From contig JBCQTG010000001.1 in the NCBI GenBank assembly GCA_047178765.1, forward strand, positions 2,581 through 66,580: DNA of 64,000 nucleotides, in the 5' to 3' direction. Below are positions 51,601 to 60,443 of this stretch, piece by piece. The stretch's first letter is position 1. Each line of letters begins with the position of its first letter. This DNA is from Rikenellaceae bacterium (lineage in GTDB: Bacteria; Bacteroidota; Bacteroidia; Bacteroidales; Rikenellaceae). The notes beneath the pieces are model-generated. The model made no database searches. It was not told the DNA's origin and was given only the letters and a program-made list of their open reading frames with translations. The position numbers and the translations under genes are program-made.

Positions 51601-51814
51601 TAATAGGTCGTTGGCTGCGGGAGCTGTTGGAGGTATGATCTTCGGAACTATCGCTATCCTGTTTGTCGTTCCTACCTTCTTTATCTTCTTCCAGTGGTTG
51701 CAGGAGAGATTTACCCCCAACCCTTCGAGCATGGAGTATGATATTTTGATCGAGGATGTGGAGAAGAAGAGCCTTAGCAAGGAGGAGCTAGCGGAGTTGA
51801 AAAGTTTAGAGTAA
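48605..51814 (+). CDS. RND efflux permease (HAE1/AcrB family)
   Basis: LPIEQFPDIAPP, GTVVDDAIIVVE, SPALCA, KTAILI.E, RLRPVLMT; 1069 aa. Confidence 0.96.
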   Translation: MDFKQFIVRPVLSSVISIIIVVVGLISLFSLPIEQFPDIAPPTVNVSTSYYGANAETVLKSVISPLEEAINGVENMTYMTSSATNNGSADISVYFAQGTDPDMAAVNIQNRVATVQGDLPAEVSQVGVTTSKRQTSMLQALALSSPNGTYDKSFLSNYLQINMRPQILRTAGVGDVQVMGGDYSMRIWMKPEVMAQYSLMPSDITAVLSEQNIEAATGSFGDNSNETFQYTMKYRGRLMTPEEFGAIVVSATDDGDILYLRDVARVELGESSYSFSSRLNGAAGVVAMVYQTAGSNATAVNQQIDKLMEEVKKTLPKDVVLTQMMSVNDFLFASMHEVIKTLFEAIVLVTLVVFVFLQDLRSTVVPFVAIVVALIGTFAFMSVAGFSINLITLFALILVIGTVVDDAIIVVEAVQARFEAGYMSPIQASIDAMKGLTSAIISTSLVFMVVFIPVSFMGGTSGTFYTQFGLTMAAAVGISTLNALTLSPALCALLLKPHLNEHGEQFDTFSARFRRSFNAGFDAMIGKYSRVVIFFIKHKFVPWIALLVAGAGFYYLMSTTPTGLVPDEDQGVLFVNVNVAPGSTLKNTDAVMKRLEDRIQQIPQVLNTMSVSGYGLIAGQGTSYGFMIVKLKDWSLREGEENGVDAVIKQIYGRTMDIKDASLFAMSPGMIPGYGMGNSVEMYTQDKTGGDVNYFYQITQQFLGVLNQRPEVAMAYSPFDVRFPQWSVDVDAAKCKRAGVSPSTVLAAVSGYYGSQYVSNINLYSKVYKVMIQAEPESRLDEKSLDNIFVRTNSGDMAPLSQFIEMKRVYGADALSRFNMYNSIAVNVAPAPGYSSGDVIEAVREVSETSLPFGFGYDFGSIAREEASQDSSSTAIIYIFAILMIYLILSGLYESYILPLAVILSVPFGLLGSFVFAKMYGLDNNIYLQTGLIMLVGLLSKTAILITEYASQRRMSGMSLSAAAMSAAKARLRPVLMTALTMILGLMPLMVASGVGANGNRSLAAGAVGGMIFGTIAILFVVPTFFIFFQWLQERFTPNPSSMEYDILIEDVEKKSLSKEELAELKSLE

Positions 51815-51820
51815 TTGGTT

Positions 51821-53218
51821 ATGAATATTAGATTATATAAATTTGCGTTTGTGTTGGGGCTAGCAGCTACATTGAGTAGCTGCGGTCTCTACACTAAGTA
51901 TGAGCGCGAGACGGTTATAGAGTCAAATCTCTATGGCGAGGGTGTCGAGGTTGGCTCAGCTAACGGAGGCGTGGTCAATGAGGGGGAGCTTTTGGGTAAC
52001 CTCTCGTGGCGAGAGATCTTTACCGACCCTGCGTTGCAGAGGTTGATCGAGAGCGGATTGGAGAACAACCGCGATCTTCAGAAGTCGGTGTTGTCGTTGG
52101 AGCAGGCGGAGGCTACTTTGCGCACAAAGAGGTTGGCGTTTCTGCCTCAGCTATCTACCGCTGGTGGTGGCTACTCGGTGAGCTATAGTAAGGATCTTAG
52201 CGGCGGGTATGACACCCCTGTGGTGAGCCTCAACCCATCGTGGGTGATCGATGTCTTTGGCTCGATGAGAAATGACAAGATGCGTCAACAGATGCTCTCG
52301 GAGCAGGCTGAGAGTACTGTTCAGGCGGTTCATGCTCAGGTTGTAGCTACAATTGCCAACCTCTACTACACACTACAGATGTTGGATGCTCAGATCGTCA
52401 TCACCTTGGCTACGGAGGTTAGCTGGGGCGAGAGCGTGAGGGTCTCTAAATCGTTGATGGAGGCTGGATTGATGAATAACACAGGAGTGGCTCAGATTGA
52501 GGCTGGATTCTTTGGTGTAAAGTCTACCCTTAATGAGTTGAAGATCTCGCGTAACGAGGTTCAGAACTCACTCTGTGCGCTATTGGCTATCGCTCCTCAG
52601 AGTATTGAGGTCTCTCCAATCACACCCTTTGCGACACCTAAGGCTATCCAGATCGGTGTGCCAGCAACGGCGTTGGCTATGCGTCCCGATGTTAAGAGTG
52701 CTGAGGCTGCTTTGGCTGCCGCCTTCTACAGTGAGAATATGGCTCGCTCGGAGTTCTACCCTAAGTTTGTATTCTCATATAGTGGATCGATGCAGGTTGT
52801 TGACTTTATCAACCCCGCTACATGGATCAACACAATCGCAGGAATGGCTACCATGCCTATCTTCAATAGCGGTATCAATAGGGCAAATCTGAAGATTGCT
52901 AAGCTCAACTACGAGGCTGCTCGTCTGGACTTTGAGCAGGCGCTATTGAATGCAGGAATTGAGGTTAATAACGCACTTAAGTCGATGGATGAGTATATGG
53001 GTCAGGGTGCGATAATTGATAAGCAGTTGGAGCTGCTGTTTGTTGCGGCTAAGAATACAATGCTCTTGATGGAGAATGACTCATCGGTCACCTATCTCGA
53101 TGTCTTGACAGCTAACCAGAGTCTCTTTAACTCTCAACTTACACAGGTTGTGAATGAGTATAACCAATATACAAGTCTAGCTTCGCTATATACCGCTTTG
53201 GGTGGCGGACGCGAGTAG
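51821..53218 (+). CDS. TolC/OprM-family outer-membrane efflux lipoprotein
   Basis: Lipobox LSSC, RPDV..AE, LYTALGGG; ATG at 51821. Confidence 0.93.
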   Translation: MNIRLYKFAFVLGLAATLSSCGLYTKYERETVIESNLYGEGVEVGSANGGVVNEGELLGNLSWREIFTDPALQRLIESGLENNRDLQKSVLSLEQAEATLRTKRLAFLPQLSTAGGGYSVSYSKDLSGGYDTPVVSLNPSWVIDVFGSMRNDKMRQQMLSEQAESTVQAVHAQVVATIANLYYTLQMLDAQIVITLATEVSWGESVRVSKSLMEAGLMNNTGVAQIEAGFFGVKSTLNELKISRNEVQNSLCALLAIAPQSIEVSPITPFATPKAIQIGVPATALAMRPDVKSAEAALAAAFYSENMARSEFYPKFVFSYSGSMQVVDFINPATWINTIAGMATMPIFNSGINRANLKIAKLNYEAARLDFEQALLNAGIEVNNALKSMDEYMGQGAIIDKQLELLFVAAKNTMLLMENDSSVTYLDVLTANQSLFNSQLTQVVNEYNQYTSLASLYTALGGGRE

Positions 53219-53256
53219 TTGGATTATCTATCGACTCACGTTAGATAGAGTATGAT

Positions 53257-53297
53257 GTTGAGAGGTGTTGTGAATACAACGCCTCTCAACTTTTTTT
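53257..53297 (+). terminator. Intrinsic terminator of the RND operon
   Basis: GTTGAGAGGTGTTGT-GAAT-ACAACGCCTCTCAAC followed by T7. Confidence 0.9.
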
Positions 53298-53331
53298 AGC
53301 CTTAAAAGATTGAAATACCCTAAAATTTTAC

Positions 53332-53339
53332 TACCTTTG
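53332..53339 (+). promoter_or_regulatory. -7 promoter element for guaB
   Basis: TACCTTTG, with TTG about 20 nt upstream. Confidence 0.65.
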
Positions 53340-53379
53340 TGACGTTGTATATAGATACGTAAAATAAAACTATAAATAT

Positions 53380-54849
53380 ATGTCATTTATCGATGAGAGG
53401 GTACAGACCGAGGGGCTAACATTTGATGATGTTCTGCTTGTCCCATCATACTCGGAGGTGTTGCCACGCGATGTGAGTGTGCAAACTCGCTTTTCGCGCA
53501 ATATCAAGCTCAACATACCGATCGTGTCGGCAGCGATGGATACGGTTACTGAGGCTCCATTGGCTATTGCTTTGGCTCGTGAGGGTGGAATCGGAGTGAT
53601 ACATAAGAACATGTCGATCGAGCAGCAGGCTGCACAGGTGAAGAAGGTGAAGAGGGCTGAGAATGGAATGATCGACGAGCCGGTGACAATTGCAAAAGAG
53701 AAGACAGTTGGCGATGCTCTAGAGATAATGAAGAGCTATAAGATCGGCGGTATCCCAGTGGTTAACGACGAGAACGTCTTGATCGGTATTGTCACAAACC
53801 GCGACCTACGTTTCCAACGCGATATGGATAAACTTATCGATGATGTGATGACAAAGGAGGGGTTGATAACAACTCACAACACAGCTCTTGAGCATGCTTC
53901 AGATATACTGCTTAAGAACAAGATCGAGAAGCTACCTGTTGTTGATGAGAGTGGTAAACTTTTGGGGCTTATCACCTATAAGGATATTACAAAGGTTAAG
54001 GATAATCCAAATGCATGTAAAGACAGCAAAGGTCGTCTGCGTGTAGCTGCGGGTGTGGGTGTTACGGGAGATATGATGGATCGTGTAGATGCACTTGTTA
54101 AGGCGGGTGTAGATGCGGTGGTTGTTGACTCTGCTCATGGTCACTCGGCGAATATTGTCAATACGCTTAAGACGATCAAATCGACATACCCTAATCTTGA
54201 TGTTGTCGTTGGAAATATCGCCACTGGCGAGGCGGCTAAGTTCCTCGTTGAGGCGGGAGCCGATGGCGTTAAGGTTGGTATAGGTCCGGGATCTATCTGT
54301 ACAACTCGTATTGTTGCGGGTGTGGGTGTACCACAGTTGACGGCAATCTATGAAGTGGCAAAGGCTATTAAGGGTACAGGTGTTCCGGCGATTGCTGATG
54401 GTGGCTTGCGCTACTCGGGCGATGTTGTTAAGGCATTGGCTGCTGGTGGAGATTGTGTTATGGTTGGTTCGATGTTTGCCGGTGTTGAGGAGTCTCCCGG
54501 AGAGACAATTATCTATAACGGTCGTAAGTTCAAGACCTATCGTGGAATGGGATCTATCGAGGCTATGAATAGCGGCTCTAAAGATCGCTACTTTCAGGGT
54601 GACGAGTCAAATTCAAAAAAGTTTGTCCCTGAGGGAATTGTCGCACGAGTACCATTCAAAGGTTCGCTGGCTGAGGCTGCATATCAACTTGTAGGTGGAC
54701 TTAAATCGGGTATGGGATACTGCGGCGCTGGAACAATCGAGGCTTTGCAAGGCGCGAAATTCATCCGCATCACCTCATCGGGAGTGGTTGAGAACCACCC
54801 ACATGATGTAACTATTACTCAGGAGGCACCAAATTACACAAGAAATTAG
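53380..54849 (+). CDS. guaB: IMP dehydrogenase
   Basis: LTFDDV, CBS pair, [21 protein letters not shown]. Confidence 0.98.
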   Translation: MSFIDERVQTEGLTFDDVLLVPSYSEVLPRDVSVQTRFSRNIKLNIPIVSAAMDTVTEAPLAIALAREGGIGVIHKNMSIEQQAAQVKKVKRAENGMIDEPVTIAKEKTVGDALEIMKSYKIGGIPVVNDENVLIGIVTNRDLRFQRDMDKLIDDVMTKEGLITTHNTALEHASDILLKNKIEKLPVVDESGKLLGLITYKDITKVKDNPNACKDSKGRLRVAAGVGVTGDMMDRVDALVKAGVDAVVVDSAHGHSANIVNTLKTIKSTYPNLDVVVGNIATGEAAKFLVEAGADGVKVGIGPGSICTTRIVAGVGVPQLTAIYEVAKAIKGTGVPAIADGGLRYSGDVVKALAAGGDCVMVGSMFAGVEESPGETIIYNGRKFKTYRGMGSIEAMNSGSKDRYFQGDESNSKKFVPEGIVARVPFKGSLAEAAYQLVGGLKSGMGYCGAGTIEALQGAKFIRITSSGVVENHPHDVTITQEAPNYTRN

Positions 54850-54857
54850 TGACTCTC

Positions 54858-54936
54858 TGTCATGCTGAGCGAAGCGAAGTATCTCGCAAGGTCTTTAGCT
54901 GACATTAAGAGATACTTCGCTTCGCTCAGCATGACA
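54858..54936. repeat. REP-like element, perfect 28 bp inverted repeat with 23 nt spacer
   Basis: TGTCATGCTGAGCGAAGCGAAGTATCTC (54858-54885) / GAGATACTTCGCTTCGCTCAGCATGACA (54909-54936). Confidence 0.9.
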
Positions 54937-54966
54937 AAGGGCGCAAATTTTAGAACAAATCAATTT

Positions 54967-56493
54967 ATGGAGAAGATATTAATATTAGATTTCGGATCGC
55001 AATACACACAGCTTATCGCACGTAGAGTACGTGAGTTGAATGTATACTGTGAGATCCACCCCTTTAACCATCCACCGTCGATCGACGAGTCGTTCAAGGG
55101 TGTTATCCTCTCGGGTAGCCCAGCATCGGTGCGTGATGAGAATGCACCTGTGCCTGATCTATCTCAGATCAAGGGTAAGATGCCTCTTTTGGGTGTATGC
55201 TATGGTGCGCAGTACTTGGCAAATAGCTATGGCGGGTCTGTTGAGCCAGCGCCTAGCAGGGAGTATGGACGTGCAATGTTGACCATCGCAGAGGCGGAGA
55301 ATGCGCTGCTCAAAGATATGCCATCGACAACGCAGGTGTGGATGTCGCATGGTGACACAATCACCTCGATTCCAGAGAGCTATAAGGTGATCGCTAGTAC
55401 CGAGCAGGTGAGGGTTGCAGCCTATGCAATCGAGGGTGAGCCAACATGGGCAATCCAGTTCCACCCAGAGGTATACCACTCTACAGATGGTAAGCAGTTA
55501 TTGAAGAACTTCGTTGTGGGTATCTGTGGATGCTCTCAGAGCTGGACCTCGGAGAGCTTCGTTGAGGCTACTGTGGCTGAGCTAAAGGCTAAGCTGGGTA
55601 GTGACAAGGTTGTCTTGGGACTCTCGGGTGGTGTTGACTCTACTGTTGCTGCGGTGTTGCTACACAAGGCTATCGGCAAAAATTTATACTGTATCTTTGT
55701 CAACCCCGGGTTGTTGAGGAAGTATGAGTTTGAGGAGGTTTTGGAGTCTTATAAAGGTATGGGGCTTAATGTTGAGGGTGTCGATGCTTCTGATAAGTTC
55801 TTGACCGATCTTGATGGTGTAAGTGATCCTGAGACTAAGAGGAAGATTATCGGTCGCGACTTTGTTGAGGTCTTTAATGAGGCGGCACACAAGATAGAGG
55901 ATGTGAAGTGGTTGGCTCAGGGTACGATCTACCCCGATGTAATTGAGTCATGTTCTGTAAATGGTCCCTCGGCAACTATCAAATCACACCATAATGTAGG
56001 TGGTCTACCTGAGGAGATGAATCTACAGATCGTTGAGCCATTGAGACTTCTCTTTAAGGATGAGGTTCGTAGGGTTGGTTTGTCGATGGGAATCTCAAAG
56101 AAGCTGATCGGTCGCCATCCATTCCCGGGTCCGGGGTTGGCTATCAGAATCATTGGTGAGATTACCGCGGAGAGGGTTCGTATCTTGCAGGATGTTGATA
56201 GGATCTTTATCGATGCGCTGCATGAGAATGGTCTCTACGATCAGGTTTGGCAGGCTGGTGTTATGTTGTTGCCAGTTAAGAGTGTCGGAGTGATGGGTGA
56301 TGAGCGAACATATGAGAGCTGTGTTGCCCTGCGTGCGGTGACATCGACTGATGGAATGACTGCCGACTGGGTCCATCTTCCGTATGAGTTCTTAGCAAAT
56401 GTCTCTAATGAGATTATAAATAAGGTGAGGGGTGTAAATAGAGTTGTGTACGATATTTCATCTAAACCGCCGGCAACCATTGAGTGGGAGTAA
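54967..56493 (+). CDS. guaA: GMP synthase (glutamine-hydrolysing)
   Basis: [33 protein letters not shown]; start corrected to ATG 54967. Confidence 0.98.
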   Translation: MEKILILDFGSQYTQLIARRVRELNVYCEIHPFNHPPSIDESFKGVILSGSPASVRDENAPVPDLSQIKGKMPLLGVCYGAQYLANSYGGSVEPAPSREYGRAMLTIAEAENALLKDMPSTTQVWMSHGDTITSIPESYKVIASTEQVRVAAYAIEGEPTWAIQFHPEVYHSTDGKQLLKNFVVGICGCSQSWTSESFVEATVAELKAKLGSDKVVLGLSGGVDSTVAAVLLHKAIGKNLYCIFVNPGLLRKYEFEEVLESYKGMGLNVEGVDASDKFLTDLDGVSDPETKRKIIGRDFVEVFNEAAHKIEDVKWLAQGTIYPDVIESCSVNGPSATIKSHHNVGGLPEEMNLQIVEPLRLLFKDEVRRVGLSMGISKKLIGRHPFPGPGLAIRIIGEITAERVRILQDVDRIFIDALHENGLYDQVWQAGVMLLPVKSVGVMGDERTYESCVALRAVTSTDGMTADWVHLPYEFLANVSNEIINKVRGVNRVVYDISSKPPATIEWE

Positions 56494-56496
56494 CGG

Positions 56497-57687
56497 ATGA
56501 CTCGCGATGAACTACATATCCTGTATGAGGAGGAGACGAGGTGTAGTGTAGAGCAGAATATCGAGCGCACACATATTGATGTTGCGCTCGATAAAAGTAT
56601 ATGTAATAGCCGTCTGGTCGCTACGCAGGTGAAGTATCTGCAACGGGCTAAGGTCAAGCTGCCTAGCTACTTTAAGGCTGGCTGTATAATGACACAGATG
56701 GCTTTTGAACAGTCATCAAGCGAGGTTACTGCACGGCAGAAGGTTGAGATGGGGGTTGGTGGCGAGAGTTTGCTGGATCTCACCTGTGGTTTGGGTGTTG
56801 AGAGCTTCGTACTATCAAAGGTATTTGATCGGGTTGTTGCTATTGAGTGCGATGAGGTGGTGTGTGATATGGCTAGGGAGAATTTCAGACGATTGTCGGC
56901 TAATAATATCGAGGTGTATTGCGCTAAGGCTGAGGAGTTTGTAGGGGATTGCAGGGAGCGATTTGATTGGGTGGTAATTGACCCTGATAGGCGAGGTAAG
57001 GATGGCGGGAAACGAGTTGTGCTGGAGGAGTGTTCGCCCAATCTGCTCTCGATGATGGATGATATTAAGAGGGTCGCTCGCAGGATGGTGGTTAAGCTAT
57101 CTCCGATCTTTGATTGTGATGAGGCGATGAGGCTCTTCCCCGGCTCTACTGTTGAGGTGATCTCTGTTGGTGGAGAGTGCAAGGAGGTGGTTGTATATGT
57201 CGATTTTGATAGTGATGGTGAGGGTGATGTTGTTGCGACAATGGTTGGTGTTGGGAGTGTTAGCGGCAGTTCAACTAAAACTTTAGGTGATATAGCTTAT
57301 TACCAATGTACAGAACAACTTAGCTATCTGATTATACCCGATGTATCGCTACAAAAAAGCAGATTGGCAACTGCCGTAATGGGTGAGTTAGCTGCGATAG
57401 ATTCGGATAACTGCTACGCATTCTCGACAGAGGAGCAGATGGAGAGCTTTATACTTGAACGACACCTCGGAAGGGTTGAGAGGATAGAGGCGATACTTGA
57501 TTACGAGCCTAAGCAGATACGCAAAGAACTGAGCAGCAGAGGGATAAAGAGGGCAACGATACTAAAGCGAGGTTTTAGATACTCTACGGAGCAGATAAAG
57601 AGACAGCTCAAGATAGAGGAGGGGGGAGTGATGAAATTAGCCTTTACGATGCTTAACGGCAGAGATATAATGGTGATACTTAAATGA
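56497..57687 (+). CDS. Class I SAM-dependent methyltransferase with THUMP-like C-terminus
   Basis: EQSSS, DLTCGLGV, DPDRR, KLSP, GECKE. Confidence 0.8.
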   Translation: MTRDELHILYEEETRCSVEQNIERTHIDVALDKSICNSRLVATQVKYLQRAKVKLPSYFKAGCIMTQMAFEQSSSEVTARQKVEMGVGGESLLDLTCGLGVESFVLSKVFDRVVAIECDEVVCDMARENFRRLSANNIEVYCAKAEEFVGDCRERFDWVVIDPDRRGKDGGKRVVLEECSPNLLSMMDDIKRVARRMVVKLSPIFDCDEAMRLFPGSTVEVISVGGECKEVVVYVDFDSDGEGDVVATMVGVGSVSGSSTKTLGDIAYYQCTEQLSYLIIPDVSLQKSRLATAVMGELAAIDSDNCYAFSTEEQMESFILERHLGRVERIEAILDYEPKQIRKELSSRGIKRATILKRGFRYSTEQIKRQLKIEEGGVMKLAFTMLNGRDIMVILK

Positions 57688-58457
57688 TTAGAGTTGTAAT
57701 TATAGGTAGTGGAGCGGTGGCTGAGGCGATGGCTAAGGCGGTGAGGGCAAGTGATAGACTGCACCTTGTGGCTGTAGCTGGGAGAAATAAACGAAAAGTC
57801 AATGAGGTTGCGGCTGGTGAGGCTGAGGCTATAACCGATCTTGCGAGGATACCGTTAGCTGACATCTATATAGTGTCGGTGAGTGATGCAGCTATTGAGC
57901 AGGTGGTGAGAGATGCCGTCTTTGCAGAGGGCAGCACAGTTGTTCACACCGCTGGGAGTATCTCTGTAGACATATTGAAAGATATTGATAATAAAGGTGT
58001 TATCTACCCAATGCAGAGCTTCTCTCCGGGTAGAGAGATTAATTTCCGAGATGTGCCTCTCTTTATTGAGGGTGAGAGCAAAGTGGTTGAGATTGTCGCT
58101 AATGAGTTGAGTGATAATGTGCTGAGGATGAGAAGCGAGGAGAGGATCGATCTGCATCTAGCTGCGGTCTTTGCCAGCAACTTTGTCAATGCAATGTTTG
58201 GTGCTGCATATGATATTTTGAAGCGTAACGGTGTCGATTTTGAACTTTACAAGCCTCTGATTGAGGAGACGATCGCTAAGGTAATGGCGAATAGAGATCC
58301 GCATGATGGGCAGAGCGGACCGGCAAAGCGAGGTGATGAGGTGACGATGGATAGACATCTGCAAAGATTGTCTAACAACCAGAGTTTAAGTGAAATATAT
58401 AGGGTGATAAGTAGTTATATAACCGCAAAACATAGAGATAAAGATGGGAAACTTTAA
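57684..58457 (+). CDS. Rossmann-like / DUF2520 oxidoreductase
   Basis: IIGSGAVA, VSDAAI, HTAGS, YPMQSF, HLAAVF..NF, QSGPAKRGD. Confidence 0.88.
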   Translation: MIRVVIIGSGAVAEAMAKAVRASDRLHLVAVAGRNKRKVNEVAAGEAEAITDLARIPLADIYIVSVSDAAIEQVVRDAVFAEGSTVVHTAGSISVDILKDIDNKGVIYPMQSFSPGREINFRDVPLFIEGESKVVEIVANELSDNVLRMRSEERIDLHLAAVFASNFVNAMFGAAYDILKRNGVDFELYKPLIEETIAKVMANRDPHDGQSGPAKRGDEVTMDRHLQRLSNNQSLSEIYRVISSYITAKHRDKDGKL

Positions 58458-58986
58458 GGAGGATATTGCGCTATGCAAGGCGTTGATTTTAGATGTCGAT
58501 GGTGTATTGACCGATGGTGGATTGACCCCAACGAGTGATGGCGATTTTCTGCGTACATTCAACACTAAGGATGGTTACGCTTTGGCTTATGCGGTGAAGA
58601 TGGGTTACCGTATCTGTATTATTACAGGCGGTAGAGGCAACAATTTGCGCCGTCGTTTCGAGATGTTGCATATTGAGGATATATATATCGACTGCATGGA
58701 TAAACTCACCGCTATGGGGGAGTTCTTGGCGAAGTATGATATTGATGCTCAGCACGCTATCTATATTGGCGATGACATCCCTGATCTGGAGTGTATGCGT
58801 GCCGTTGGTATGCCTATCGCGCCGAAGGATGCTGCAATGGAGGTGATAGAGGCGTCTCGCTATGTTAGTGAGTATGAGGGTGGTAGAGGCTGCGTGCGAG
58901 ATGTGGTTGAGCAGTGGTTGCGCTCCCATGATAATTGGGCTAAACATGCCTATGGGGTGATGTGGACTCATATACCATCGAGATAA
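58444..58986 (+). CDS. kdsC: KDO 8-phosphate phosphatase (HAD-IIIA)
   Basis: DVDGVLTDG, KDG, ITG, GDDIPD, GGRGCVR. Confidence 0.88.
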   Translation: MGNFKEDIALCKALILDVDGVLTDGGLTPTSDGDFLRTFNTKDGYALAYAVKMGYRICIITGGRGNNLRRRFEMLHIEDIYIDCMDKLTAMGEFLAKYDIDAQHAIYIGDDIPDLECMRAVGMPIAPKDAAMEVIEASRYVSEYEGGRGCVRDVVEQWLRSHDNWAKHAYGVMWTHIPSR

Positions 58987-59906
58987 TGGAGAGCTATCAG
59001 AGCGATTATCACACTCCGGTGTTGTGGCGTGAGTCGGTTGAGCATCTTGGTATTGAGGCAAATCCAGATGGTCTCTATTGTGACCTTACCTTTGGTGGTG
59101 GGGGGCATACAAGGCTGATACTTAGCAAGATGGGTGGTGACGGAGAGCTGTACTCTTTCGATCAAGATGCTGATACTAAGGCAAATATCCCCATCGATGT
59201 ACGCTTTAACTATGTGGAGAGTAACTTTCGTTTTCTTCGTGGCGCGTTGCGTCTGCGAGGTGTTGATAGTGTCGATGCTATTTTGGCTGATCTGGGTGTT
59301 TCGTCACACCACTTCGATGCTGTCGAGAGGGGGTTCTCCTTTAGGGGCGATGCTCCTCTTGATATGAGGATGAACCAGAGAGGCAAACTAACTGCTGCTC
59401 AAGTGATTAACAGCTACACAAACGAGCAGTTGACCCAGATTCTAGGCGATTGGGGAGAGATCCAGACACCGTGGAAGGTGGCAAATTGCATTGAGAGAGC
59501 TAGGAAATTAGCCGCAATCGAGACGACAGCCCAGCTAGTTGAGGCGATCGCTCCATGCACACCCAAAGGGGCTGAGTCTAAGTTCTTGACTAAACTCTTT
59601 CAGGCGTTACGCATTGAGGTGAATGGTGAGATGGAGGCGCTAAAGATGGCTCTTGAACAGTCGCTGAAGGTGTTGAAGCCGGGTGGACGTTTGGTGGTTA
59701 TCTCCTACCACTCGTTGGAGGATAGACTTGTAAAGAACTTCTTCAAGAGCGGGAATTTCGAGGGTAAGATAGAGCGTGATTTTTACGGTAACTCTAGCTC
59801 TCCTTGGAGCGTTGTAACTCGCAAAGCTATAGCCCCTAGTGGCGATGAGGTTGCGGCAAATCCGCGGTCGCGAAGTGCAAAGATGAGAGTTGCAGTAAAA
59901 CTTTAG
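58986..59906 (+). CDS. rsmH: 16S rRNA m4C1402 methyltransferase
   Basis: YHTPV, D.TFGGGGH, DLGVSS, PLDMRM, FQALRIEVN, SYHSLEDR, NPRSRSAK; TAATG overlap with kdsC. Confidence 0.96.
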   Translation: MESYQSDYHTPVLWRESVEHLGIEANPDGLYCDLTFGGGGHTRLILSKMGGDGELYSFDQDADTKANIPIDVRFNYVESNFRFLRGALRLRGVDSVDAILADLGVSSHHFDAVERGFSFRGDAPLDMRMNQRGKLTAAQVINSYTNEQLTQILGDWGEIQTPWKVANCIERARKLAAIETTAQLVEAIAPCTPKGAESKFLTKLFQALRIEVNGEMEALKMALEQSLKVLKPGGRLVVISYHSLEDRLVKNFFKSGNFEGKIERDFYGNSSSPWSVVTRKAIAPSGDEVAANPRSRSAKMRVAVKL

Positions 59907-59946
59907 ATAAGAGTATATAGTAATAATGTTGATAATTAGTTAGCTG

Positions 59947-60429
59947 ATGGCAAATAGTGAGTACAGATCATATAATAGCGATGCTATAGTAGATGGTGAT
60001 GACCAGTTGAGTAGTCGCATAGTTAACGAGGTTGTCAAGGAGGATCCGATCGATGATGAAAGTGGTGATAATTACACTAACGAAGAGCCACAAGAGCCAA
60101 AGAGAAGAGGCAAGATAGTCGAGTATCTCTTTCTGATGTTAACGGGAAATGTGCTAACTATGAGAGAGGTCTCAAAGTACTATAGCCATATGATTGTTGT
60201 GGCGATGCTATTCCTTGTTAGTATCATGGTCCTCTTTGGATCGCTTCATCTCGATGTTAACCATAATCGCCTCTCAAATGAGGTGCAGATGTTACGCGAA
60301 AAGAGTGTGAGGCTAAAGGAGGTTAGATCAGAGCGGAGTTCCCACTCTGCGATATTGAAGGAGTTGAATAGGCGTGGGATAGATCTAGAGGTCTCTAAAC
60401 AGCCTGCAATAATAAATGGAGATTTTTAA
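59947..60429 (+). CDS. ftsL: FtsL-like cell division protein
   Basis: Single TM plus coiled coil, between rsmH and the PBP gene. Confidence 0.7.
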   Translation: MANSEYRSYNSDAIVDGDDQLSSRIVNEVVKEDPIDDESGDNYTNEEPQEPKRRGKIVEYLFLMLTGNVLTMREVSKYYSHMIVVAMLFLVSIMVLFGSLHLDVNHNRLSNEVQMLREKSVRLKEVRSERSSHSAILKELNRRGIDLEVSKQPAIINGDF

Positions 60430-60443
60430 ATAGAGGTAAAACG

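Noticed and set aside
47432-53218. RND pump as an acquired resistance island
   Set aside because: Host-like codon usage, no mobility genes; a standard Bacteroidales tripartite pump
54862-54966. 35-aa N-terminal extension of GuaA in the ORF track
   Set aside because: It is the palindromic repeat read in frame; the conserved protein starts at ATG 54967
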